Below, one piece after another: positions 41,401-56,400 of a DNA stretch of 64,000 nt; positions within the stretch are counted from its first letter, which is position 1, and each line of letters begins with the position of its first letter. Source of the DNA: Phoronis australis (lineage: Eukaryota > Animalia > Phoronida); contig NMRA01000003.1 of assembly GCA_002633005.1 (NCBI GenBank), positions 2,571,442-2,635,441 of the forward strand, in the 5' to 3' direction. The notes beneath the pieces are model-generated. The model worked only from the letters and a program-made list of their open reading frames with translations, ran no database searches and had not been told where the DNA came from. A program made the position numbers and the translations under genes.

Positions 41401-44400
41401 CAAATAAAACCCACAGCACGTTGTGCCAAACCCTGTAGGATTGGATTTTTTCATGGGGGCGGTAGGCACAGAGAACATAGTTTGTGTCAAGGCTAGATGC
41501 TAAACAAAAGTCATGAATAGGGGTGCAGCATTGGTTAAGATGAGGCTGTATACTCCACTGCTCCAGAATAGTGTAAACACATTATGGTAATGTGACCAGA
41601 CCATACAACCCATTATAATAACTATGGCCAGGTTTTGGACTCCACATTATGACAAACCAAAGTTGGAATTCTGTCAAAATGGCAGAGTTGAGATACTGAA
41701 ACCATGCTGACAAAGTGTTTGTCTCAGATAAGATCTAATTACCGTGTTGGTATGCACAAAATATTGCCACAGTTATGTTTATCTGTAAAACAGTATTCTG
41801 TTCCACGTAATTTTATCAATGGTGAACGCATGCAACATTTCTCACAGTATGGAAACTTATACCAGTTCAGATGCATAATTTTTATGAAAAAGCAGATAGG
41901 AGGACTCATCAGAAGACAGACCAGACACTTGACACAAGCCTTCACAAAGATGTCCTATCAGCTGCCTTCAGAGCCTAACCACAAGTTGCCTGATTGGAAT
42001 ATAGCTTTCTCACCCTAAAAAGGTAGTAGGTAAATCAAACTTCAAGACCCTTTCATACTGACTTAAACTCTGGTCAGAGCAAAGCGTCGACGTAAACTGC
42101 CAAGCTAACTGAACCATTCATACTGGCTTCGGCAATGAACTGACATCGAGGCAAGCAGTGGGTGACGCTGTTGTCATCAAAGTAATTGCAAGGTAGCCCT
42201 GATGCATTGCGTGTATGCTAAGATTTTTTTTATTTGACAATTTGGGATCGTTTACATGTCCTAATTAACATTAACGTATTTCTAATTCGATTGGTAATTA
42301 TTTGAGCAATATATAAGCACTTTGATCCAGGACCGATGTTAACCGTTCAGCGACAAAAACATCGACATTAGTATGAAAGGGTCTTTAAACAGGGTTGGAA
42401 GTCCGCACAGTGAAAGTGTAGAATCAAATGCCATACACACCACACTCGAATGTCACTTCAAACATTAATCTGCACGGGTCGAAATTGTGATCACGTGAAC
42501 ACATTTATCTTAAGAAATAATACCGTGAATATAACTGCACAGAAATCAAGCCATTCAAAAGAACTTATTCACTCAAAGATTTGACTTTTTACTTTTCGCT
42601 TGTCACTCCGCCATTTGCATTTTTAACCTACCAGTGAACTCACGAACTAAAGCATTCACTGGGCTCATTGGCTGGCATTTGGGTCACTACATGACTTCAT
42701 TAGGTAAAAAACTAAGGATAGAAGATGACAGATGATTTGATTCATTGTTGTTAGGCGAAATTTAAACCAGTAAGACTGTTTGTGGTTTTCTAAATGAGTC
42801 GAGGGAATTTGTTTTGGTTAGTAGTAACTCAACAACAAGAATTTTCCGACCAATCTCTTGGTTTGTATCCATTTCACCAAGTGGTGAACCTTCAGCTCTG
42901 TTTAAGAGCAGAGTATTGGCTACCAAATAAGGCAGATCTGTCTACTGATTTGTTGGTAGACAACAAGAAGGCTGATCAAAAGTTCGTTGAACATTCACAA
43001 GTCATGTGCCACATTTTTCAGACCTTCACTCCGACTCTTGATTGCACTACATGTGAACACTGCATTAACACAATATAAATCAAATAGACCAGGATTAAGT
43101 AGACAGTAAATTTAAATTCCAAGGCAGCTAAGCCCACAAAAACGGAGATGGGGTTCTGCATTGCAATATATTTTCCACATAAGGCCCTTTCATATTGACT
43201 TAAATCCGGTCTGAGCGGAGCGTCGATGTAAACAGCGCAGTTAACGGGACCGTTCATACCGGCTTCGGTAGTTTATGACCATCGAAGTTAAGGGTTGGTG
43301 ACGCTGACGTCATCAAAGTTATCGCAAGGTAGCGCTGCACGCCAAGATTTTTTTCAAAGTGACAATTTGGGAACATTTATATGTGCTAAATGACATTAAA
43401 CTCATTTTTAAATCGATTGGTTATCATTAGAGCAAAAAATAAGTAGATATTGGTGACGGCACTACTCTGTAACTGTTGACGATAACAGTGGAACCTGGCA
43501 ATAACTTCGATTGGACCGGAGTTAAGCGTTCATACTGCACCGCAGCGTCGACGCTGCGGTCTTAAATCCACCTGTTAACTGCGATGTTAACTGGAGCTGT
43601 TAACTGCGATCCAGGACCGGAGTTGAGCGTTCATACTGACCGCAACTCCCCAAACCATTGACGCGTATGAAAGGCTCTATAGGGTGAAAACCTAAAATAT
43701 TGTAGAGCTGAATTATGAGAAAGTGGGAAATAAACAAACATTAGCCTAACAACGTCCATTTTATCAAAGGTTATACACACAGTTGTACCAAAGATGGTTA
43801 TAAACAGCTGTTATTGTGAAAGTAACATTTTTAAAAAAAGCAATATAATAAACTAATGTAAGTTTCACCATAGACCTAATTCACAAGTGCACGAGCAAGG
43901 ATCTTATGGGCAATTAAACAGTTCAGATATGGCAGTTTTAGCTAAGACTGAGCATACAACATTTGCTAAAACCCAAGCCCTTACCACAAATAATTTGAAT
44001 TAATAATCTTCAAAACAACCAGGAGATCGCTGGTCGTGACTAAGGAGACATTCAAAAATAGACCAACACAGATGACACTTAGAGACTCCTACATAAAAGC
44101 AACAAAAAGATGAGCTAGCAGGGAGTCCAAACCCCCCTCTCCTCCTGGATCCCCTTCGGAATATGCACCTGATAACAACAATAGTCACTATAATGATATA
44201 AGAACAGCATTAAAACGCACATGGACGGCGCAGAATCGTGACAGAGCTACGCTTGATGGGAAGACCCTTAGCTCATGATCCAGCAACCATAGGTGTGACA
44301 CGACCTAAAATCTAATCTCTTGTTCTTTAAGTTCCATGCAGCACCATTTTGAAAACTATAGTTTTGGTTCATGAATTAAGGGGGTAGCTCTTGTAATTTA

Positions 44401-47400
44401 TGATGCAGTGAGTTAGTATTCCTAGTAAGATATGATAAAGACATGGACCAAATGAAGTTGAACGATAGCTACAAGATTCAACGCCACAAGATGATAAAAT
44501 TATTCAAGTAAAAATTTAGCGTTGACTTGAACAAACTTCCAATATTTCATGAAAATTCAATGAAGTTCACCCATACTATTTAGAAAAAAACTGGATACAA
44601 ATAGATCAAAAGGTTAAAATAATCTAACAATCAAAACCAAAATTACAACCTCGGTGACAATAAAGATATGGCATTAAATATCAAGAATTAACTCGTAGCA
44701 CATATCAAAAACTATTAACGATACCAGTTGCCAGTGGCACACTTAACATAACAGGAATTACCAGTCGACAATAAGGACCCATAAACCAGTAACCAGAGGA
44801 TAATTGCCAGGGCAATAATGGGTTCATAAATAACAATCTATTAAAACGATCATATTTCAAAATTATCAACAAAAATGCCAAAGAGATATTTCCCACAGTA
44901 ATTCATGGTCAAAGAAGTACAACACACTTTTTGAATAAACCTTAAAATCATTTCACTAAAATACACGAATGCTACAAGCCATCCTACTCTTTACAACTAA
45001 ATGTCAAATATTCACATATAGCATAAGAAACCAAAACCTGCACTACAATAATGAAGGTCAAGTTGAAGCCATATTCAGTAATTACCTTTCTGAACCTGCT
45101 GGTACAACTCATTGCACATGACTGACTAGTCAACAGTCTGCTTAGGTCTCCATCTTACGTGATCTCCCCTGTCAATCTGTTACTGTATCCGATTGGTGAC
45201 TGCCAAGCAGGGACTATAATGCTTACTAACCGTGAAATGAACAAAGGGTGAAAAAAGGAGGCCGATTAAAGCAACCCAAAGGCGTTTGAATAGTTAATCA
45301 ATGACCCTGCATTGGCAATCCAATTGATGGGACCCCAGCAATTGTATCGAGTAAAACATCAATCAGTAAGGTTCAACCGAGTGCATATAATGCAGGAGAC
45401 AAACAATGAAATATGACCACAGCTATACAAATGATTTCATAGATTTTTCGTGAATGAAAACGGCGCGTGGCGCATTATGTAAACATGGCAATTAATTTTC
45501 CATTTGAAGACTTGAGATTTATGCCTCCCAGACAGAAATATAAGGTATCTCCTCGGCAGTGTTGGGGGGAGGAATCAGTCAAACAAATACTGAGCAAACA
45601 GTATAAATAAACAATTCCTGATGTTTTACAATACACACAGAAAAGCAAACATATCTTACAGATCTAATCTTTTAAAAATACAACACTTTTTGCGATGACA
45701 AATTCTACAAAAGATGTGCCAAATATGATCCCATACTGACAACAAAAACAACAAGCCAAACAAAAACCCTGAACTATAAAATGGCGATCTCTTCTCCTCA
45801 ACATTCACACTGTTTGGGCAGACACGTTAATCCTCTACTTAAACTTGTCAAATATTAATTTACTGTCAAGTTAGAGTGATAAGTAATGGCCCACATCTCC
45901 GCTTTGAGTCTAGTCTCTATTTATGACTACCTTCGAGAGACAGATATAGGTAGAAATCAAGAGATGACCATTGGTAAAATTAGTAAGCATATGAATGGTA
46001 AATGAGAGAGTCAATTACCACCATTCTAAATCAATCAAGGTAGCCCTGTCCTTCTATATGTAATCAAGCATAATGAATACAGGCAAACCCATTCAAAGCT
46101 ATTAATGAGGCGCAATCGGAGATTAATTTCACATTATTTCTTGGCCAGAGTAACAAAGATTCAAAGCTTTATGTAACTAACTCTTATACTAATTGGCGAG
46201 AGATTGAAGAGTAGGGGATGAACTTTGCGCATGTTGTGAACAAATACTTGTTGCAACAGTGAGATAGTTGTATGAAGCCAGATTATGGTTCTAGAAAAAA
46301 TTCTGTCTAACTGGGGACTTGTCAGAATAGGAACTTCTTTTGAGCATAACACAAGCCCTATGACAAGGTAAAAACTAAAACAACCAGAATGCAACACTAC
46401 CAAGAACTGGAGAGCAGTTTTTGAACAGACCACCCACAACATGTATTGGCCTTTCACACCAATGCCAACACCTCAATATTTTAGGGCCTGTTGATCACAG
46501 TTTAAACTTAAATCGCAGTTTAACTTAGCAGTACATAGGTGGATTTAAAGGCACAGCGCGATACTTCCATATGGCATGAAAAGTTACTTTCAGTGTCACG
46601 GAAACTATGGGCAGATGGCGCTGTCAATATCGACATGAGCTATACGTTATTATATTTCATAAGATTAAATTCAAGTATGGTAAAGTTTCCTCTAATTTGT
46701 ACAAAGTTAATTGCCAAAATTGTCATTTTTCTATTTTTCAAAAAGCTTGCTACATTATTGAAAATGTTCAAAATGTTCACCACATACTTGTTTATAGCAC
46801 CTGTATAAGATAAAATTCCCAATTAATGAACTACAGTCTGATTCTTGTTTACTTTTATTAACATTTAGATAAAATAAAATTTGACGGTTGCACCATATTG
46901 CGTTCTAAATAGAAGGCACCACATTCGCCATTCTACTACTAACTGTAACCATTTAATTTCATTTTTCATCTGAATGTACACACATGATTCTTCGTATTAA
47001 AAAACCACCCATCCATAACATTTCTGCAGCGCCGTCTTGTGACAATTTCGAGCATGAACAAGCAATAACTATCGCAGCAGGTCTGAAATAACATTACAGC
47101 ACCACTCCTCTTGCCCAGCAGAATAGGTAGTTCAGAGAGGGTCCAAATATAAATAGACCGCAGATTTGAAATGAAGTCCACTATTGGCTCAACACTGAGA
47201 CATCAAAGCATGCATTCGGTGTAGATCAGAAACGTGAATTTTACAAAAGTAAAAGAATATATATTGACAGCTTTGAAAAATTTGGCCAAACCAAACAAAA
47301 ACACTAAATTAGCCACACAGCCCTTATGGTATTTAATTTATCATTTTGGCTTGCATAGATGGCTTTAATTTTAGGATCCGAATATATGAATGGTGAACTT

Positions 47401-50400
47401 TAATCAGGGCTTGGAATGACCAATGACAAAAGGAGGAAAATTTGTTCCATAAATAAATAGGCTTGTGTGATAGATATATTTTTGTGTTGTTAAGTTTAAC
47501 TAAAATGAACGTTTCTGCATGAATCAAATCAAAATAATGATAAAAGAGGGACACAAAAAGAAGAAACTGGAAATCAAATAAGAGGAAATTGAAACCAAAA
47601 GAGGAAATCCTCTTAAAAGAGAAAAATTCCAAGCTCTGTTTAGTAGCTATAACACCACAACATTGCCAAACACTGCAGACACTGACAACTTTTTGCTTAA
47701 CTGCAGGAAACGTAAGCTGCTCTTAAAAAACATTACTTGGTGAAACAACAAAACTATATCATGTACTAAGAAAAAAATATCTTCTTGCAGGGAGGAGCAA
47801 TTCTTAGAGATTATCTGATGTCTTTCAAATCACAATACGCTCTAAGACAGAGGTATAGTGTTGTTAAAAAGTTCAAAACTGTATTAAAAGATCCAAAAAC
47901 TGTAATTCTAACAAAGTGGATGAGAACGCTTAATGGCAATAAAACTCTCCACACATACGTTTTCAACCAACATGAAATTGCATATACATTACATCTTGTC
48001 AGACATTACAATTTGTTAATGATTTACAGCAAATGATTATCTTTAATTAGAGGATTTCCCTCATTCAGCACCTTGTTGCCTAAGATAACTAGATTATAGT
48101 GAATAAACATTACCCCCACTGGGCAGGATTTTTTACTTAAGCGTGTCAATCATACTTACAGACACCGCCCACACTAGCAGTCAGAGCAAATACCACATCA
48201 CCTTAATAGACTCCAAAAGGAACTTTAAGAGTAGTAAATCACTGATAATCTCAACAATTCAACTTTTTCAGAACACATTTAGTATCAACTGTTACTATGC
48301 ATCACAGCCATAAAAAACAAACAAAAACACCAGACAAAAATGTCATTGTCTATGCAAACCTTACATCATAAAAATTACCATTACCTGATAACACATCATA
48401 GTCTGCTCTATTTCTGTAATACTTCATTATTTTAATACAGTGTTGTGATGTTTCTTGGACATTTCTCATAAATACAGCAAGAACAAAAGTACACATTTAC
48501 GGTAAGTACAAGATAAACTAAAGACAAACGCTGTATTTTGTTACCAAGATTGAAAGCTTGGTAAAATACTACTCGATAATCACAGTCTCAAGCACTGCAT
48601 TAGTAAAGAGCAAAAGATGGCGTATGAGTTGTGCCAGACACGAAGTTGCATTTTGGTTCTCTTTGCCGTCTTAACATAATAGTCATGACTTAGCTGATTA
48701 ACTCTGACAAATTGGACTCAAAATTATCCTCGCCATGATGATAGCATTCGATTTTTAGGATAAAAAGAAACTGAGGTGGGTGACTGACACAGAGGAGACT
48801 AATTAAGAAAGATTTGGCCAAACTGTCCAAAATGACGGCCCTTTGACAATCTAATTTTAACTTTCTGGTGCCCTAAAGATGTTTAGCGAGCCAGTCATGA
48901 GCAATCACAGCAGGTAAAGATTTGACAAATATTCTGTGTGGTTGGGTCAGTTGATTTATAAGCACCATTCCAGGCTGTGAGAAGGAAATGTCTCTACTGA
49001 ACCAACATCAAGTTCATCAAATAACCCCATTGCCTTGTTACCAGAAAAAGTAAACATATAATTATTAGAAGTTCTAAAGGAGTCTTGCTACGTCCACCAC
49101 AACCAGTGACCATGTCACAGTAAATACAATAAATGATGGCAACTGATACATGGTCCCAAAAAGCCCAGATAGAAATCAATTCTGGCCAGTGCTCTCCACA
49201 AAAACTGTAACTGAAACTCAATAAATCTCGCAGGTGGCCAACAGGAACAATGCCTTGGTAAATAGCATGGAACAGTGTCCCTATTTAGTTAGTGAAATGA
49301 CGAAAATCAACACTTGGTGACCTAAGGTAAGCGTGGAACATGAGCCGAAAAGACTTATTGTTGAGTGTCCTCAGGCGATTAAAACACTAGAGTAACAATA
49401 GGACGTATTAGTATTGATCCAATTAAGATTTAGTGCCAACGTAATGCAAAATCAATCATTATCTATCAAATGAGCAAAAGGACATTGAAATTACAAGGTA
49501 AAAATTTTAATGTACTACAGCAACATGACTTTAAAGGAAAATGATAGAAATGAAGCTGTAATTAACGTTAACTTGGTATTTTGGTATAAAACTCTTTATA
49601 TTGGTTGAATGATGTTAGGATAAAATCTACAACTCCGCTCACTTGTAAAACCAAAACTAGATGCAGGAACAACCTAGACCAAGACGTCAGCATCAAAGCA
49701 CAACATCATCAAAAATTGAAATTTCAGAAATTCTCAACTTATAAGTGGACAATTAGAGGAGTGAAACGCTATACTGAAAACAGATGAGTTTGAAGTTAAT
49801 TTGTCGCCAGAGCAAATTAGGAAGTAGCAAACTGTTATAAAGCAAAGACCTTCGAACAACAAAGGAACTTTAGGAAAACATTTCAACAAATATTTTTTGG
49901 AGGGCAAGCAGAAAGTCTACTAAGATACATGGGAATTATTTTAATAGTTTGGAATGAGCCAACTTCGTTTGATTATGTGAATGGTTTTAGCACCACTCAG
50001 CATAAGCTGTTTTTAAACAAAGAACAACTGTCATAGTGTGAGTTGTCGCGACAATAGTTATCACTTGACTAACAGAGGCTGATTTTTATACTTGTGGTAC
50101 CCTCCTGCAGCAAATTCAAAACTGAAGACAACCGTTTCAGCACCAATCCATTTTTGGAAAAGCGCTCTGGGTGTATTTTTTGACATGTATCTTATTATTT
50201 TCCTAAATTTCTGTAAAACCGCTCAGATCACAGATACAGAAATTGCCGGATGAACTTGTGCACGGCACAAACATTTAAATGTACTTAGCCTTACCTCTGG
50301 TTGCGTTGCCATGGCAACAGGCTTATCCATCTTCTCTGACACTTCCCGATCTTCCGCATCATCTGACAGTGGCAGGCTGACATCTCCCCATGATACGTCA

Positions 50401-53400
50401 CTCTTACTCTGATACGAGATGGCGCTACCTGTCCTGTCACGTGACTCCGGGCTACTGTACACAGGCTCCACAACCTCAGGTGTATGAGATGGTTCCAATA
50501 ACTTTGACGCACCATACTGGTGTGGTTTGATGATGCTAGCACCAGCAGCATTGAAGTTCTTTATGAGGTCCTGAACACTGCGTTTAGGTTCCTCCTCCTG
50601 ACTCACGCTGCCCTCTGATGGCCGCCGGAGTGCTTGCTCTGCACTGTGAGAATCTTGTGCTGATACGACCGACGGCTCCAGAATCGTGAAGTGAGCCTCT
50701 TCCTCATCATCACTTGCTCGTGGCGTATCTAGGTCGGGCGAGGATGACTGGTGTCCATCAGTACTGTACTTCTCCGCCAATTCCTTAAACGCAATTGAAG
50801 TTAATAGTAAAACATCCTCAAACAGTGATAGTGGTCTAAACCAGTCACAACACATCGATTGCCAAAGTCTCCTCTGGATGTCTCCATGATTAGACTATGG
50901 GTACCCAGTTCTTATACCATATCCAAGGGGACAGCGTAATGGTGCAGTTTAAAACATTCCCTGTTCTAACTGTGATGCCTGTTACATTGGAGAGATATCC
51001 ATGAATTTTGGTTATCGCCTTAGGAAACATAGGAACTGGAAGGATGAGCGTTTAAAAAATCGAAAAGAAAAGCCTCCCTTGCTGTAATTAATAAGTCTGC
51101 AATTACAGATCACGCTAAGCAAAATAATTTTGTTGCTGCCTGGGACAGCTCCAAAATTCCAAATGAAAATAACACTGATCGTAGCAGGATAATTTGTTTT
51201 GAATTGTGCTTTATTAATATATAGTTAAAACCAAGCTGAGAAGCTAGAAACCTGACTCAAGAGTCTAGCAGTGTGACCCACTGGGACTCGAACCCACGAC
51301 CTCGAGTAAAGAAGGCAGGCGCCATCACACTACGCCACACTGCCTCCTCGTGGCAGGATAATGAAATTCGTCCGTATAAATAAAAAATAGCGTACAGCGA
51401 ACTGGGATGAAGGAAGTTACAAGCTTTCCTTAATTTAAGACGTGCACTTCACCACCTACACTGAAGAAGGCAGAGTCAACACCAAGGTCATCGAAAACTT
51501 TTGCCGATTTTTAAGGTAAACCCTCGGACGTGGTATAAGTGCTGAATAGTCTAACATATTGATTGTTATGAAAACGAAATAATGTGTGAGGTCTGGAGAG
51601 TAAGAAACTACTTAATTCCAGTCATGACCTGGATTGTTCTGAGAACTAAGAATTGTCAACCACTTAAAAAACAATAGGGAGACAAATCAAGGTATGAAAC
51701 TAAATTATACAACTGGGACCTGTTTCACTAAAATGTCATAACATTACAATGTCTTTTTTACACTGAATTTTAATGGAGACTTGCAATCAATCGTAACTTT
51801 TGACGTAAGTCCTGGTTTAGAACATTGTAAAGTTATCATGATTAATCTTTGTACTCCAAATCGAGCTCGGAATTATTTTTGGGAGTTGCTGTTCTGTTTG
51901 TACAAACTCAAGATAGGTGTCTATTATTATGCTTGAGTACATTATAATTTATGCACGAGTTTCTAGTCCACGTTCGCAATTGCTGACTCCTAAATTTGAG
52001 CTACAAACTTGAAATTTCAAGTAAAAGCTCAAAATTTCGAATTTAGAATTACACTTTTAGCCTTAAAGCAAATGCAAACCAGGGTTAGACAGTTGTTCAC
52101 CAAGCATTTACGTACCCCAGCAAAGAAATGTAGACAAGACAGTACCATAAAAGTAGAGCAGAAAATACTGAAACCAATTTTGAGATCAATTTCGGGTACA
52201 AAGGTTAAACTAGGGCCCTGCAAGTTTCACATCAACAAATTTCTGCTTCAGAAAAATTCACAATCTCTACACAAAATTATGTTTGAGAAAAATGCAATCA
52301 CATGATTATGAACATCTGGGCATTGCTTTCATGCACATAGAAAAATCTTTGATCATCAAGGATTTTCAAAATATATTATCAATGGTTTTATGAGACTACA
52401 ATTAACACTTTCAAAGCTATTTAGACATTTGATCCATGGCAATGGAAGTATCCTTTTACCTTAAGAAGAAGCGAAGAATTATCAAAGGTAAGTAGAAATA
52501 AGGCTTGAAAGCTTGTGTTTTTAATAACTACTTTTATCCATTTTTAAAAACAGTGTTTTATCAGTTTCTACATTTTATCTGATTTAGACACGTCATTTTT
52601 TCACAAGTCACTTGATTTCAAATAAAACAATAAATCAAATGAAAAGATACTATTGTATTACTTCCAAGAAGTCAACAAATCTTACCATTGTAGTCTTCAA
52701 ATCAGCAGGTGGAGCATCTTTCTCTTCTCTGGCTGAAGGTGGCGCTGATGTTGGTATAGGAGGAGGAATCTCAGGATCTCTATAGACAATGATGGTGACA
52801 GTCTGTGGAGTACTACGCAGAAACTTGACGGCATCTGAGTGGGTCATCTCAACCATCTCTTGATCATTCACCTGACAAAAGGAACGCAAGGATTACAATC
52901 ATGACATTAGAGATAGGCATGCATTAATAAAATATGCATTAACTGATGCAGGATGTAAATACACCTGCGTATTTGGTACAAAACATTCACAACCAATTCA
53001 CATTGGAATCATATATAGCCAAATGAATAGTTATCACATCACCAGACCAAAAGTCTTTCTACAGGGATCTACCTTTTCCTAAATTGTTCCTAATTCAAGT
53101 TATTATAATGGTAAGTTACCTTTTCTATGTTATAATATTCAAGAATTGCATTTTTCATCCATTGCAAACAAGGGGTTCTGTGCCCGATTGGAAAAAACAG
53201 TCCCAAATAGGGACTCAACTAAGTTCCTTAAATCTACCGCGTATTTGTGGACATCGATTGTCCGTTCTTATGCTGTTTTACTTTCATTACAAAGTCAATT
53301 TTTGATTTTGATACAAATGGAGAGAACTTGACGTTGAATTCTCAATATTATTGAAAATAAATAGGGATCTTTTTGTGTAACGCCCCTAACTTAAAGACCA

Positions 53401-56400
53401 AGTCCCTATTTATTTTCATTGAATCCAGGGCTCAGTTTTTAGTTATTAGAAAATGTCATAAGTAAAAGAGGAGCTCATAATGAAATTGAAATTATAGAAA
53501 AAGATTACATCTGTGAGTAAAGGCAAAACATTTAGGGGTCTTAGATGAGTCCTTATTTGGGACAGTTTCATGCAACCTGGCAGCACTGGAAATTAACCTA
53601 GCTCTGTATATCTGACGTTTTCCTAAACAAATAATAAGTTTAATTACATGTCTGACTCCCACTTTCCCAAAGATAACATCTGCCAAGCTTAAACTAAGAG
53701 TACATCCTGTTTTTGCTGTTACCCAATTGTTCGCTGACCTCCAAAAAATCTGAACAACTCCACACTCCCAAAAGAACAAAATAAAGATTTTCAGAGTCTT
53801 TTCCAGAAAAATGTACAGGTCAGTGGGTTAACTATGCCTGTTGTTATACAGGAAACAGTTTCTACAAGGTTTAGTGTTATTTGAAGTCATTTGAGAATGG
53901 TATCACTATTGAACGAAGAGTTTAATCTGTGGATACTTCTCCACCATTTACTTGAAAGTAAAACATTAAAAAATCTTCCCATTTACTTCGAATTTTTTGT
54001 ATAAACAAGTAACAAATTTATCAAAGTATTATTTTTGCCTTTATGTGTATAAAACAAAGTGGTTAGAAACTCTTTGCTATTATTTCTTAAAGCGTCTGGA
54101 ATTCTCAGAAACAATTGTGATTATTAATCTAAAGATGTCAGTTTAACTACACAATAGTTTAGAAAGATTTAAGAGTTTTCTAAAAGTAGCAGAATTCAAA
54201 TTGCAAAACAAATTCAACACAACCATACGAACAAGTACAATAATTTCATGTGACACATGTTCAGAATGGCTGATGACAGTCGTTTAACCTACCATCATCA
54301 ACTGGTCCCCTGGCTGGAGTCGGCCATCAGACTTAGCTGGATCTGCCACCACAGCCTTGATGTATGGTCCTATCTCATCATTACCCCCTCCAACAGTGAA
54401 ACCTAGTCCACCACCAGGCTGTTTGGTCAATGTAACCTCTATTTCCTGAAAATACCGATAGAGCTTCTTGAACATTATTTGCAAAACAGTCGTGTAATTT
54501 TTCAAACACCAATTACACCAAAGACTGGTATCTGTCGTGGCAAAAAGTATAAGATAAATGAAACAAAGGTTCCAAAACATTAGGTTAACTTCCAAACTGT
54601 GTTTTTAATATACTAACCCCCTCTATTGAAGAGTCACTGACAAAGCTGTGATCATCGTCACTCTCAGGTTGAAGGTCCGTTCTTCGACTGACATCGTCAT
54701 CCTGTGGCAAGGGTGACGCTGCTGACGAGTCCAGTGTGTCATTGTGGGAAGGACCTTCCTGGCCATTGACTGGAAGTCTATCAGATGAAGCAGTAACAGT
54801 CCTCTCAGATGGTGACTCACTGTGACCAACAGAGGGAGCTGGCATGTTCCTAGAATCTTCAACTGAAGACTTACTAATGTCAGAATCAAAGCTTTCTGTC
54901 CTTTCAAGATCAGTTGTGTTAGATCGCTGACTCTCTTCTTTATCTACCTGACTTGTCACTGATTGACTGTTTTCAATAGGAGGCGTTATGACTGAAGATT
55001 GGCCACTCCCAGTGCGACTTAATTTGTTCATCGGTGTGACTGTAGATGACTGCAAGCTATCCTCTCTGGTAAGATGGTCATGAGGTGTGTCTCTCATTGA
55101 CGATTGACTTGTGTAACTATCACGACCAAATGGTGTTTTTCGTGGAGTTTCCATGCCAACCAACATGCGATCCAACTCCTTCACGGGTGTGGGAGTGACG
55201 TTATGCTGTGTCACACCCTGATTGACAGGTGTCTCGTGATTCTTATTGTCTTCTCGTAGCAGCTCACTTTGAACTGGTGAGCGAACAACAGAAGGCGCAG
55301 ACTCCTCACTGTCAGACTCACTATATTCTGATTCACTCTCAGAATCCTCCAATCCCATGCCACCAAACTGTTTAGTGCTACTCTGCACTTCAGCTGCAGA
55401 CTGCTTCACTTGTGGCTGGTTGACTACCTCAGCAACTTGCTCTGTGGCAGTATTAGTGGGTTTGGGTGTGCTCACCAGCTTATTAGAAGTGGGGGTCCCC
55501 TGTACTCTCTGGTTAGCTGTGCTGGTTGGTGTCGAACGTGATTTCTCAGACACAGTGCTGAGAGGGGTGGGTGACAAGCCAAAACTGACTGGAGACATCG
55601 CATCGCGATCATAAGGAGAATCTCGACCCTAGAACAAAAACAATAAAATCATTCAAAGTATACGCATAAACCCCAATCTTGCTAGTTTGACTAAAAATCT
55701 TGCATCAACTTAATCCACTCCAGTCTCTCGATGCACACTATGACTTAAGTTTTCAGTGTAAAAAATACAGGAAACCTGAATCTAATACTGGAATTTGCTT
55801 ACTTGAGTTAGCAACGTTGCGTCCGTCTCTCATGGACTTCAGCTTGGCTAGTGACATTTCCTTACCTCAACTGGATGTCGCAAAACTTTCATGCTTTTTT
55901 ATCAGTGTAAGGATACCTACGGAGCTAAGTTCTACTAACGTGCTGCCAACAACCAAGTTAAACGACAAGATAAGCAGCCTTACCCTCTCTGGCAGTGGTG
56001 GAAGAATACCAGGCTGAGGTCGACATAGCAGCAAGCGGGTCACAGGGGGTGCTGTTCTCAGCAGTGTTACTGTCTCCTGAAATTCAATCGAGGCCATTGT
56101 GAAAAAAACGTACACTTAAAATATTTCCGTGACTTTATAACTTGTGTGATACACTCCAGTGCTCCAAAATAAAGCGTCCGTCATATTTCCAGAAAGGTTA
56201 TTCTAGCTTACTGTAGAACCTTACATACGACAGGCCCACAAAGCATGAATAATATTGACCATGCTTAATCAATATTTTCCAAGCTTGGACAACGTTGACC
56301 AGACCTGAACAATATTGTCTGGGCATGAATAAAATTGTGTAATGTGTAATTTTTTGCTTCATTAATCTTGCCAGCTAGGATTATTCAAGCTTGAGGAATT

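Noticed and set aside
48160-48173. Micro-exon candidate ctag|TGTGGGCGGTGTCT|gtaagt on the minus strand
   Set aside because: 14 nt would shift the frame between two phase-0 exons, and no compensating exon was found.
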